NCBI GenBank assembly: GCA_036172245.1
Contig: JAYWIR010000003.1
Span: forward strand, 2,170,001-2,234,000
Direction: 5' to 3'
From: Raillietiella orientalis
Lineage: Eukaryota
DNA: 64,000 bases
Shown here: positions 12,204 through 25,200 of the stretch, piece after piece
Layout: each line of letters starts with the position of its first letter
Position numbering within the stretch: position 1 is the stretch's first letter
Notes under the pieces: generated by a model
The model's database searches: none
What the model was told of the DNA's origin: nothing
Seen by the model: only the letters and a program-made list of their open reading frames with translations
Translations under genes and position numbers: made by a program

Positions 12204-15200
12204 CCAACAAAACCGAGAGACTATGATGGCTTCCTTCAGATTTTCGACAAAAGCTCTTCGTCACAGAGCTCTAGCAGAAAATCCCAATAAAAGCCGTCCT
12301 TCAGGACCACACTGTATGTGAAACCCGTTATGCTGGTGCCAGCGACTTTCGTGGTCTCAATTTCACACACGCCCTGATTTTCCAGTCAAAACATTGTCCA
12401 GTTTCAGTAGTACTCTTTGCACAATGGCAGTTCACTCTTCGAGGAAGAACGAGAACTGTGGTCTCCATGATGATTATTTGACACCAGGAGGGCTTTCTGA
12501 TGATTTTTGGTGCTGCAGGATTTTCCGCAAGTGTCCAAAGCTGCAAAGGGTCCCGGTTTAGAAAGAGAAAGAAGTGACAGATCCAATTAGTGATACTTCC
12601 AATATAAAAACATCATTCAAAAACCCTACCAGAAAGATGGTCGTTCCAACTGCGCATCAGCTCATGCGGAAATTGACATTCATTGCAGTCTAGAGACAAG
12701 TTTTAACATAAACATCTCTTTTCTTGCATCCAACAGCAATCAGAATTGAAGTCCAACAAACCGATTGCTGGATAGAAAAGAGCGGAGGTGCTTTCCCGGT
12801 GACGCCATTTCGCCCTCCCAGATGCCGGTGCAATAAGCGCCAGTAAGAATCGTTTCACAATTTTCATTGGCGCTGTTTTCTCCGCATCCTCCCTGTTACG
12901 TTTCTTATGCATTCCTATGTTCACTCATCAACTTTCCCAGAGAGAGAGAATCACTGTCACATTGGATGCTGCGTACGGAAGCGAAGGTGATAAATTGGTA
13001 AACTGCTCCTGCATTGAAGGTGCTGCTGAATTCCGTTCGGAACGCCAACTTCCTTTTTCAAGGTTAGCCTAGCTGCTGCACCCGACAGATGGGACCCACT
13101 CGTAGCTACGTGTGCATCACTCATATCTCCACGTTGCCTGAAATTTTAGTGTGACGTCAAGACAGTTGCCTCCCAGGGAGGCAGTCTTCCAGATTGCGTC
13201 AAGTGCATCTGCACTCTCGCCTCCGAGCTGCTCAGCCAAGGAACAGGCAAAAATGATGGATTGGAAAGTGGAAGCTAAGAATGGAAGCAGGGCAAGCGCA
13301 TCTCTTTCAGGGAAGAGAACCTTCAGGAGCATGGAAAAATTAGAACTCCCTGCCTCCTAGGAATGAACTGAAGGGAAGGTAACGGAACCGGATCTTTGAT
13401 TTTTTACAGAATCCTAAACTGTTTGATCTGAATCTTTGGGTAGCAAGGAACGTAGTTTATTTTCCGGAAGAAGGAAGAAGGAAGGAAGACTGCAGTGGCA
13501 ATGTGCTAGATATCCCCGGTATTCAAGAGAAAGAGGTTCAAAAAGTATGAGGTCAGTTTTGGACCACAGCTTTTCGCCCCAGGTAGGTGGGAGGAGGGCA
13601 AGCAAGAAAGAAATGCATTGGCTAAAAGATCTTAACGCGTTAACGTTCCGTACGGAGATTGCTGCAGATGCGGCTTTATCTTCGAGGAGCAGCTTGGTTT
13701 TCAAAAGCCAAGACGTGCGTCCACCACCCTCTCCTCATCCTCCTGCAAACAGGTATGGTGACCACTGAATAAAAAAAAGACACAGAATTCTCAAGGCGTT
13801 CAAACTATTGCTCTGCTGATTAAGGCCGCGGAAACCTCATTGAAAGAGACTCTGTCTTAAGGGACGGTCTGAGAATGACGGGAGCTGAAGCCAAGGATGC
13901 CGAACCGGAAACGTGAAATCCAGAGGATTTCGATGCGCACATTCGCAAATTCCCGCTTCTGATTCCAGAGATTTCGATGAATGCGATTTCCGAACCCGCA
14001 AACAGTTTCGAGCATTCCAGGGAAACCTTTTCGGGATCCCTTCTCTCAGCGTTAGCACCGAAAGTCAGGAGATCTCCCTAAAACACGTGCTGTTTGGAAC
14101 GCGACGCGCCCTTCTGCCCAACCCACCTCCAAACTCCAGATCGCACATCCTCGAAATTCGTTCTGCTGATTCCCTCCGAGTTTCACTGAAACCGAACAGT
14201 CCTATGGGATTGAACTCATTCATAAGCATCCGCAGTTGCGCTCCTCCTATTTTTCCTCCTCCTCTTCACGCGCGTTCCCGAGTTACTCGCAATACGAATC
14301 ATTTTGTCTGCGTCCCGCGAGTCACCCGAGAAGCGAAATATTACCCTCATATTTCTCTTTTAGAGTAATACTGCACTCTGCCATTCGCAGGGAGATTTAC
14401 ATAGCCGTGGATTATTGATGCTGTATCATTTCTCCATATCTGACACGGAGGATTTACCAGATTTATCGAAAACGTTTCCTCCCGAAAATTCCTGCGCGGT
14501 CAGTGCTGCTAATCCCTGCGTGACTAAACGAGTTGATGTAGAAACGGAGATGTGTTCATCACTCTTCGGTCTCCATTCGGTGGTTTGGAGCAGATGCGGT
14601 GTGTCTCAGCATGAGAATGACGGATGAGGAGATATGATTTTCGCGAAAGTTGCACATCCATCTTAATTTGTTAGGTCATCAGTGAACAGGAAAATTGCAA
14701 TCCATTTCCAGGGTAAATCTGTTGACAGATAGCCTTCCTCGACCTGCAGAAAATAATCCCGTAGAGAAGATATCAGAATGATTTACTCCTCTACCGAGTT
14801 TTTGGGACATGAAACCCGGAAAGAAAAACCATGCAGGAAGGAGCCTTCGCTCAGGATTATGCATTATTATTATTATTGCCGCTGCGTTCGATTTGCTTGG
14901 GGCACAAGATGACCTGAGATTGCAATGCCGCAGTATCCAGAGAATGAAAGAATCATCATCATCTCGTGCGAGTTCTTGCAGCCCCAGAACCGATGACCGT
15001 TCGTATGCTGATCGCGTGTTGAACAGCTCGCAATGATCAGCATCAAGCATCTCCATTTCTGCAACCCGATGCTTTGGTTCTTTTTTTTCAATGACATTTA
15101 GTTGCTTTCTAAAATTCAATCCACGGTTCCTTTTCCAAACCACCCCAAAAGACACGTCTACAATAAAGGTCTGCGATATAACACGAGTCTACCATGCACG

Positions 15201-18200
15201 AGTGAAAGAAAAAAAAAAAAAAAAAAAACAGAAGGAAAAATCCGCCTTCTTCGTACGTCTTTGATCAGTTAAGCACAGTATTTCTCTGATAACTACACCA
15301 AGCAAGTATTTGCCTATGAATTTATGCTTATGTTATCTATTCCAATATTCCTTCAATCTGATCTGACGTGTGCTTTCCAGGTTTAACCGTTATAAGCAGT
15401 TATAGTTCACTACCACCTACTGTGTGACAAATTAGAATGAAGGTTTCTATAGCTTTCTTACTCGGCTGACTTTATAAAAAACTTAGGATCTCATTCCGAA
15501 TGAAAGCATTTCTATAGAATGATGGGAATGGAATAGAATGCTGGGGACCGCTGCAGAGATGGAAAAGTGATCCCTGTTTACAGCGAAACATGACATGATC
15601 ATGGGATAATAAGATCCTATTTAAACGGCATTCCATACGGCACTGTCCTGGAACGCAAATATAACGTACTCGCAACATGTGAGCGAGCTTTCCAGAAAGC
15701 AGCCTGGCAGCATCGTTTTCTTTGATGGTGTGTCTTCATTTACCAAAGACCTCGATAAACTGACGCAATGAAAACTACTGCTGAAATGGACCTTTGAGTT
15801 TCGTTGCTATCTTAGAGGTCAGCATAGCTGGAGTGCTTCATCGACAATGCTACGAAAATCTGACCTCACTGAACCTTCAGATGTATGAAAACACTTAGAC
15901 CAGGATTAAGTGGAATGTAAGTGGGGAGGCAATGTGATGAATAAGGCTAAAGTTGGAATAAAAACACTTGGATTCACGATGGCTCAATGGCATCTTCTGT
16001 AACAGTAGATATGACTCATGCCAACCCATTATTCCAGTTACCGCTTAATAGGATTGGAACGAGCATTCTTCTCGCGTCCTAATAAAACAAGTAGCCAAAA
16101 CCCTTGTGAAAAACATGCACAGGAAAACTGAAATTTGCTTCGCTCTTGTATGCTTTTCTGAAGCCTCATCGTGGTTCTTTGAAGAAGAAGGTCCACAAAG
16201 CACTCAAGTTCAGTTTCCCCAAGGCTGCGGAAGTTTTATCTCGCGACCGGGAAAAGGAGAAGGAGTTATGTGGCACAGGTAGAGAGTTTCATCTGACGAA
16301 AACATAGTAAACAAAGTGAAAAATGTACCGAGGCAATTGAATAGAAATAATTTCTCTGTCTCAGGGAAATCTCGAGGCTCCTGCACCGGACAGAGAAAGC
16401 ACAAATTCTTCCAATGTCCTAATTTCAAGGGAACAGAGTGTCGCTCACCTTCTCTGTACTTGCAAACTGTTTGCTCAAGACCAAACCCAATGATCGTAAT
16501 CTACACGTGGTATCAGGAGCCGGAGGGCTGCTCAAATCATAACATTGTGACCGATATAGTGTTCCAGAACGCGCCGTTTATCTGACTGGTGTCTTGGAAG
16601 AGGCTTCGAGTACCCACTTTTCAAAACTATCTGGATGCATTCGCTGAAAGAAAAAAAAAAAAAAAAAAACATTCCATGGAGTGCACTTGAAAAGATAAAT
16701 CACTTCCTCAGGAAGGATAGGACCGATTTGCAAGGGAATATCTGTGCTCCTTCCTCGGCATTGCTTCAATCGTACACCCACAATCCAGATGAGCAACAAG
16801 GACACATCCCTCTCTTAAAGATGCTTTTCAGATACTCTCATGCCGCTCATTTTCAAACTTGTTTGGGATAGCTGATCTCATTTGGAATCACGAGCGATTT
16901 TGCACTATACATCCGGGTTGTTGTCAAGCAAATCCCAAAAACACTGGAAGGTTTCCGTTCTCCTGCGTTAGCCGGGCACACGTCGGAAACAGTCTTTTTC
17001 CTCCTGCTCAGCTTCTGAACCAACGAAGGAGAGCCTACCACTTCCGGCTCCCGAGGATCGCCTTGCCTTCAGTCGACGACCCTGGTAGATCTCTTCGGGA
17101 AACCCAATTTGTTACACTACAATTCCGTACCTCCGAGAAGAAAGTGAGGTGCTCGAGAGTTTCTAGAAGAGGTTTCCACCATTTCAGAGGCGCGCCTAAT
17201 TTTTCTTTGAAAATGAGCCAATTTTTTTTGTTTTTGGAGAAGTCAGCTGTGTCTAACTTAAATATTTTGGAATAACTTCAAATGCCTTCTTCACGTTGAG
17301 TATGGGGACCGGTAGACGAGTCCTCTCCAAACATGAAATCGCAGAAAAGAAATCCAACTCTAGCAGCTGGTGTGAAGCAACTTAATAGAGGTAGATGAAT
17401 TTAGAACTGAGAGAGTCGTAATAGTTTATTTATTTACAGCATTTTTATGTTCCTGTAACTTTTATACTGCCCTTATATTCGAGTAGAAAACTGGATTATG
17501 CAACCCGTATCTCCAATTAGCTACTTGGATCTCGAAAGATTCTCATCAGGATGGTGAAGACTTTCAGAATATCAAATGTCCGGTGACAAGAGTTGCTCAC
17601 TTTCAGCGCAGCTGCATTGGGAATTGCATTCTTTTCCATCTTTTTTTTTTGAGTTTGAAAAACAAATCCCTAGAGATCCATAGATCTTTAATGCATCTTT
17701 TCAGAAGGTGCGGTCAAACAGAGCAATAAGGGTTTTCCCTGTATTTTTCGAAAAATTCTGGGTCCCTTTTGAGGTAGGTGAGAAAGATGAATTCATGATC
17801 TAGTAGGATGTTTCCAGAATTTTCTGAGCAGCCTCCGACCTAAATGCTACACGCTCTTTCGGCGGAAGTACCATTCTCAAAAGCAGCGAATTTGTACTCT
17901 AAAACTTGGTGTTTTTTTTTTTTTTTTTTTGCCAAGGAAAGTAAAACGGGAAGTTGCAGCATGAAATTTTGATTTTTTTAATTTCTGTTATGAGTTTAAT
18001 ATCCCAAAATTACTAAGAGATTCCCACGTCCTAGAGGTTTTCCAAATTTGGATTTTCACAGCATTTCGTCAGGGATTGCTTTAAAGGTTTGGTCCTTTAT
18101 AGAAAAAAGATCGTTTTCTTCCAATAAAGGAAACCTAATTCCTTCATTAATGTAGCAGGTGCAGCATATACGCTGTAAAGGAAGGTATTTATGATCTTTC

Positions 18201-19511
18201 TATTTGCATGATATTGCTTTTCTTAATGGTTACTTCCCCCTCCAAAAATTCCTTCATATTAAAGACTCACTCTAGTCAGCTTGGATTTGCACGTTGCCCT
18301 GGTTTCGGTGAAGATTTACATTCGTCATCGTATCGCCGAGGACCTACGAAGAAATGCTTTTCTTACATGGTTTCATCAATAGGATCCATTTGAAGTGATT
18401 TTGCTGTAAGGCTTTCCAATAAGAAGACTTAGAATAAGGCTGAACTCAAGCAGAGCCACTCAAGAATCCACGCATTTCGGCCTTCCTCGAGAGACCTTCC
18501 AGTTTCTGGACGTTGGAAGCTGACGTAGGAAGATAAAGTGAATGACAGTTCACCAGCCACCAACCACCAATCCACGTGTTAATGACACCAAGAAACTGAA
18601 ATGAAGTTGTTTGGGCTGTTGGAATTCTGCTTCAAATTGCAAGTTCCTGTTTGACTGTCTAGGGTGTGGAGATGGGGTACAGGTCCTCTCTCCCAAGATG
18701 AGTTACCACAAATGCTCTCCCTTATTTTTGTAGCACTCCTTCTAGACAACTTGTGTTTGCCTGCTCCTCTGACCAGCCAGCTGAGATGTCAGTGTATATG
18801 AAATTCATCTCATTCTTCAAGGTTTGTTTCAATGGTGCTTTCAGCTCAGAAGAAACCAGTAAAAAAAAAAAAAAAAGAAAAAGAAAAAAAACGTAACATA
18901 CCAGACCGCCTAACCTTCTAATCTTTTGAAATCATCCATTGGAAGTGTGATTTCGCGTCAGCTGACCGCTTTCTTCGTTGACGTCCATGAAAAAGGCGGT
19001 TTCCCTTGCCATTTTTGAAGAACTGATGCCTTCAGCATGAGCCAGCCAGGTGCTAAAGGTGTTTCAGAAAAAGTAGTAAAAAAAAGTGAATTCGCTGCGA
19101 TGGAAATTGGAGATGTGCATTCCTCATTCCATTCCAGCATGGTTTCTAGAATTTTCTAGAATCCACAACGTCCGACAGCTGTAGAGGAAGAGATCGAAAT
19201 CCTCTTGCAATGCAAAACTTTGCATGATCGATTTGAGCTTAGGTTATTTTCATTTCTATGCTGAACAAAGTTCCTTCTTCTATCTGTCACTCTAACTGCT
19301 GAAAAAAATTTCGAGCTTATATCGACTCCAAGTGTCTTCGAAAGAATCATTTTTATTGCCGGCGACGGCAACTGGATGTCATCGTGATCGCCACCAAAGT
19401 TTATACTCTTCCGGATAAACTTCTTCGAAAAGAGACTCTGAAGCTGCAGCTCCGGTTGCTGGAAGCAGTAGCTATCACTTCAATGAATTCCGAGGAAAAT
19501 AACTGGAAATA

Positions 19512-19548
19512 ATAGGAACCGGTGATCTCAGTCATCACCGGCTCCTAT
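19512..19548. repeat. inverted repeat, 15-bp arms, 1 mismatch, 7-nt spacer
   Basis: ATAGGAACCGGTGAT-ctcagtc-ATCACCGGCTCCTAT. Confidence 0.9.
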
Positions 19549-19558
19549 GATTCCCTAT

Positions 19559-19611
19559 TTTGGGAGTTCCCTAATCCTTTTCGGTTCCCTTAGGATTAGG
19601 GAGCTCCCAAA
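19559..19611. repeat. inverted repeat, 20-bp arms, 1 mismatch (G:U on + strand), 13-nt spacer
   Basis: TTTGGGAGTTCCCTAATCCT-tttcggttccctt-AGGATTAGGGAGCTCCCAAA. Confidence 0.92.
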
Positions 19612-22231
19612 GATCACAGGCCAGGACTCAAGTGAAAGTGCTTGCCAACTGCACAAGGAACCAAATGTCTGGAAACTCTATCCATGTTTTCAACGTCACA
19701 AGTACCATTGCAAGAAGGTCTTTCTTAGCACGGATCATGGAAACTTTCTTACTTCATCGTGTTGAATTTATAAACATATGGTTTATAGCACAGGAAAGAA
19801 GAGACCCGACGGGAATCATCTCACTCTTCGGGTGCATTCATCCATTTCGCAAGTCCACTCCTGGAGGCTGAATAAACGCGGATCATACATTCGCGATTCG
19901 ACACTGGAATGGGAAACGTTTCGTTGGCTCAGTCAATGAGTCAGTGGAAAGATTGCAATCATGCAAATCAGCTGTATTTTTAGTTTTTCCTCAAGGAATG
20001 ATCTAATTTGCATGATTCCATCAACCAAGCTACTTTGTTCCCTAGCACCTGATTAGACATCTGCTCGGTGATGTAATTTGTAAAAATAGAAAAATTTCCC
20101 GTGTTGCAGCAGAATATTCCATTAGAGCATCAGAAAACCCACATGCACGTTCCAGTTGGGTTCAGTTCAGTATGCCCTGGTGCGTTGCCGAGTAGGTCCT
20201 TGCGGCTGGAGAGCCCCACGGACGCTTTCCGCTGTTGCGAAGAGCATCTCAAACGTAAAAACTTCAAATGCAGTGGAAATAGAAGGATGTCTCAACCGTA
20301 GGTTGAAAGTTCAACTTCATCCGCTTAGTAATTAACAAGAGCTCTCAATTACCTTTTCTCGATCTCGAAGACTGAGAAGCGCCTCTGGGATGCGAGTCAG
20401 GCAAACACCGATTGTGAGCAAGCGTCAGCCATCGTTGGGGACATGGGTCAAGGGTTTCCAGGCGTCTGGTTTGGTGTCCTGCGTGTGTTCTGAGTAAACA
20501 GAGCTTTTGGCACACTTCCCCGGTTTGGGAGCTTTGCGAATTACCTAATTCCTTTCCATTTTGCTTGGTTACCGTTTCCTACCATTTCCTTTACCATGAT
20601 TCTACGGGAGGAAAAGCGCCTCAAGAACTAATTAGATAATGACCACTGCTTACGGTATGCCAGTTAGTGTAAGAGTGTTGATTATTTCCACCTTTGCGCA
20701 TCGCTGGGAACACTGCAGAAATGCCAAGAGCGTGACACGAGAGGCCGTGGAGTAAATTTAAAATTTCAAAAATTTCAAAAATTACCAGCCAGGATGCGGA
20801 ATCCATTTTGAAATTTACGAAATTTTCCAGCGTAAAGAGTTGGAATAACGGCTCATAGTTTTAAAAACTCATTTTCTTGCTGTTTCGTTCGGCATTTTTT
20901 TTTTTTTTTTTTGGTCATGATTCGTTAATGGATTTAGTTTGATCCCACCCTGGTAATATTTTACTCAGTAGTCAACACTTGAGAAGTCGCCTGCGCTTTT
21001 AAATGTGCATATGAAATCTGAAACTGTAAGAGTAATCTTCTTTCTATGCATGCCATGCTTATTGGAAATGCTTTGAGGAAACTGAGGAAGATTCTGAGAG
21101 TTGCCTTTTCCCTGGCAATCTGCAAGTAATTGTAACACAATTTTTGGAAATATGGAGGAAACGTGTAGTGTAACATACACTATCGCTTACGTGTCACAGA
21201 TTCACTACAAGTGTTAATCAGAGACGAGGGCAAACAGGGAAATCCTCCGTAGTCAAGGTTGTAAAAGGGTTGTAAAAGGAGCCTGCATTTCTTCAACCTG
21301 CTCGAACAGAGAAATCCCCGTGAAACAAGAAATAAGATGAAATGATAATCGCAAAAGTAACGCTGAGAAGCCGAGGAGCCGTTTTAAATGTGTAAAACTC
21401 GAAGGTGACTGGTGACTGTGAACGCATCCAGTCGAGGAAGAAACGCCTGCCCCGGAAGGCAAAATCAATGTGATCTCATAACTGAATGAGACGAAGCTCA
21501 TGAGGGTTTGATTTCAGCCTCCGTGGAGGTGCACTCGGACATCTGCTCACCCTTCTGGCATCCACTGCCAGCGAGCATCTGGTTTCTGGATGCGACCCGG
21601 AATTTTAAAATGCGGAGAGCTGCTAACTGCTGAATTCGAAAACTGGGAAGGAAGGAAGGATACTGCTTCTCTTCATGGAGCAGGCAGCGGTGGGCTCCAT
21701 CGAATGGGAGCTGCAAGAAGCTAGTTGCTGGCAGAGTAAAGTATCCTTCTTTCCTTGCGGGAATGGGGGAACGCTTTCGAATTTAGCAAAGGAGAAGCAC
21801 TCGAGGGATTCCAAACACAAGATCTCCATTTGACGAAGGAAAATTGTGGCAATGAAGATGCTGTCCTGTTTTCCATGGCGGAAGAGGCAGCCGCCGATGT
21901 ACAGTGTCTCCTGGTAGATATCTTCTCTTATATCGACTGACACACTGCTCTGACTATACCTTGATTGGAAATTAATAATCCATTTCTCAATACAAGATAC
22001 GCTGCTTGGCATGAAATGAGGAAGGGATATAGGAGAAAATCCTTGACAGACATTTTTCAAGGACACTCTTTATGAAATTTAAAGTTAGCGACGTTGAATA
22101 ATTCTTCTGACAATGGATAGGTTATGAGAATGCGAACTTTGCAAGCACTTGGCCAAGAAGTGAAGGAATGGGAGCTGCAGACACGAAAATACGCCAAGCT
22201 TGTTTGAAACGGAAGAAAAAAATGATGAAAA

Positions 22232-22279
22232 CGAGAAAAGTGCTCTCTCAGTGAACTCACTGAGAGAGCACTTTTCTCG
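22232..22279. repeat. perfect inverted repeat, 23-bp arms, 2-nt spacer (AC)
   Basis: CGAGAAAAGTGCTCTCTCAGTGA-ac-TCACTGAGAGAGCACTTTTCTCG. Confidence 0.97.
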
Positions 22280-25200
22280 GGGTGGTCATTCTATAAGGCA
22301 AACATGAGTATCCAAAACTCGGACTTGACAGGTGCGACCTTTTTCTTTTGGTAATGACGTTCTTCATAATGCATAACAAGGTTTATTTCGAATCCCCTTC
22401 TCATAAGGCGAACTCAGTTTGAGAAGGATGAGAATTCCAACGATTGGGAAGTGTTCAGTGAGACTGTTGTCCCATGAATGAGATGAGTTGGAGTTGTGGG
22501 GAGTGCAAGAATCAGCGAGGAGGTCGCTGAAGACTAGGAGGAAAGTTTCTCGGTACGATGCTCACCTGTAACCAGAGAAGTGCTTTTAGCGATGTGTTGT
22601 AATATACTACAAGCAAAATAAAAAGTGGAACGAATTACGAGTTTCTGTTTTTCATAGTGGATGCTGAACAGATCCGCATCCTGTAAGCGACAAGTGTGGC
22701 TGTTTAGAGGCACTTGTAGTGCTGGAAAAGAGAATCTGCTCGATACCAGAGTCGTCTCCAGTTGAAACTGATCTATAAAAAAATTCAAGAAGCTCATGCG
22801 TAATCGTTTCTATAAGATCCTCGTCCTGCAAATTCTGAAGACTCAGTCATGACAGCAGCACCATTGGTATTCTTTAAGAATCCCATGGCGATGCCAGAAT
22901 GATGTTCCGGTAAACATCCCATGCTGGAGCATAGCGGAGAATGAGGTGCATCTTAGTGAGTGAGCTGAAAAACTTCGAGGCAATGAAAGAGCGGAGCCAC
23001 AAAGACCTTTCCGAAGAGCGAAGAGAATAAACGGAATGGTAGGAATCACAAAGTCGAATTTCCGGAGAAAAACAAGAGGGATGTGTCCCAAACCTTCATC
23101 TATCCGTGAAAACCAGAATCCAGTGAGATTTCTCAAAGAACTGGAATGAAAGACATCGAAACAAATGAGAATTTCTGAAACAGACCAGCTCCTTTTAACA
23201 GTGTTTCTTGAATCCTTCACCTACGGAGACTTCCCTCACAGAATTTACACAGGACTGACTCATGATCTCAAAGGCTCTCTTAAAAATTGAGAAGACTCAA
23301 GTTTTTTTCCCTTCTTGCTTCCTTGCACAGAGGAGGAAAAAAACAAAATCGGACGGGTAAGAACCTGCGTGTCTTCTAAGGATCCCGTGAAGATTTGAAA
23401 ATCCCCATCCTGCTGTGCTAACTCCACCACTTGAGTGTGCAGGGAATCCCCTGCAACGGAGGTGCCCCCCAAAATGGCCTGCTTCCTGGAGGCAGAGTCC
23501 TTGATGAGCATCCTCGATCTCTGCGCGCGGGAATCCGACTCAACCGCAGGAGGTTGGTTGGTTGACGAAATCTGCAGCATCTGCAGCGGAATCATCGCAG
23601 GCGTTTGTCGAAGACCCGAAAAGCAGTGAAATGGCTACTTGGTTCTCACTGAGGCTCATGCCACGAGGAAATGAGCGGGGCGCGGGAAACGCCACTCACC
23701 GGGCGCAGTGCAATCGCGGTGATCATATGTCAACGATGCTGCAGCGACTTCTGACAGAGAAAAAAAAGGAAATCGGCACCCCGAGCCCGAAAAAGGTGGT
23801 AAAAATTAATGTCTTCTTGATGATCCCAACGAACAGCCATACGCTCTGATTTCCTGAAAGGGATCGATTCATCATCGCGCCAGAGAAAGGTAAAAACGCT
23901 AGGGAAAAAGGAATCCAGAATTCAAGAAAGTTGCGAGAAACTCTTTGATGGGGATTTCGCTTACTGAAAGCTTTTTGTAGCGACCGCTCTGTCCATAGCG
24001 GCGCAGCCACCTTCCAAATTCAGGGTATCAAATGCCGAGAAAGGCATCACCTCCTTCTGCATACCTTTCCGCCGTCACCAAGCAACTTTGCTTGGTCCCT
24101 TTCCCCATGACAAGTTGCCTGACAAGAATTACCCCCGTGTTTCCGTGGCAGCACAGAACTTCCAAACACCTTCCAGCGCGCGCACACATACACATGCGAG
24201 TCCTTTACCACGCAAAAGATAGCCTTTTCTGGAGTTGCCACAACTGCGTGGCTGGAAGTGAAGTTTGCCACCAAACAAAAGACACAATCCCGATTGACGC
24301 TGCTCTCTGTAGGTGAATAGTCAGATGAGTCACTCGAAGAGCATTTGGGGATGGCAGCTGAAGAGTCTTCCTGTATAAATAACCAGCACTCTTCGTAGGA
24401 CCCCCTGGATTCAGGGATCCATGCAACGATGCCGTACAGTGAAGATCCCACGCCGGAAGAACACGTCTGCTAAAACATGCGAAATCCCTCTGACATTCAT
24501 TGGAAGCATGGGCTGGATCGCCGGCCTTGAAGAAGCGACCCCTCATGGACTGCAGACGAGACATGTGTTGGACGCAACATGCTGACCTCATCGGATTCGG
24601 ATTTCACCGTTTCCGGATGACTCGATCGGACTTCAGTCCAATAACATCAGCAGTCAGCACCGTATGAGAGACCTCAGACTTTTCAACTTACTGTTGAATA
24701 ATGCTAATGTAATCTTCTTGTCGCTTCAGTCACGTTTTTTCCCCCTTGAGGAAGTAAAGATGTTATGGATCGAATGCGTTACAGATTCCGAGTCGCGAGG
24801 ATTCCATGGACTGCAAATGCAGTTTCAAGAATGCCAAAGGTCCACCGTCAAAATCAAGGATCTGAGATCTAGAGAGACGTACTTACAAGATGAAGCACAA
24901 TCTGAAATCACTCAAGCATTCCAGAAAAAGGGGGCAGAATTTTTAGGAGCAGTTCTGCAGCCACGAGACGAACTATCCTTCACCCCTATCCTTTATATTT
25001 TCCTATTATTTTGTTGCCAAAATTCGTGGGAACGAGAGAAGAGATGGGAAACCGTCAAGGCGGGGCAGCCTGCAGTCGGGATGGCAGCAAACTCTTACAA
25101 AGAAACGACGAGGTTCCTTCGAGCAAAAGCTTCCCCGATTTCGCGCATGCGAGTTACATGAGTGGCTGTAGCTGGACCACGGCCTTGTGCCAATAAAATC

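Noticed and set aside
15911..15920. TGGAATGTAA match to the start of miR-1
   Set aside because: Diverges after 10 nt and has no pairing arm.
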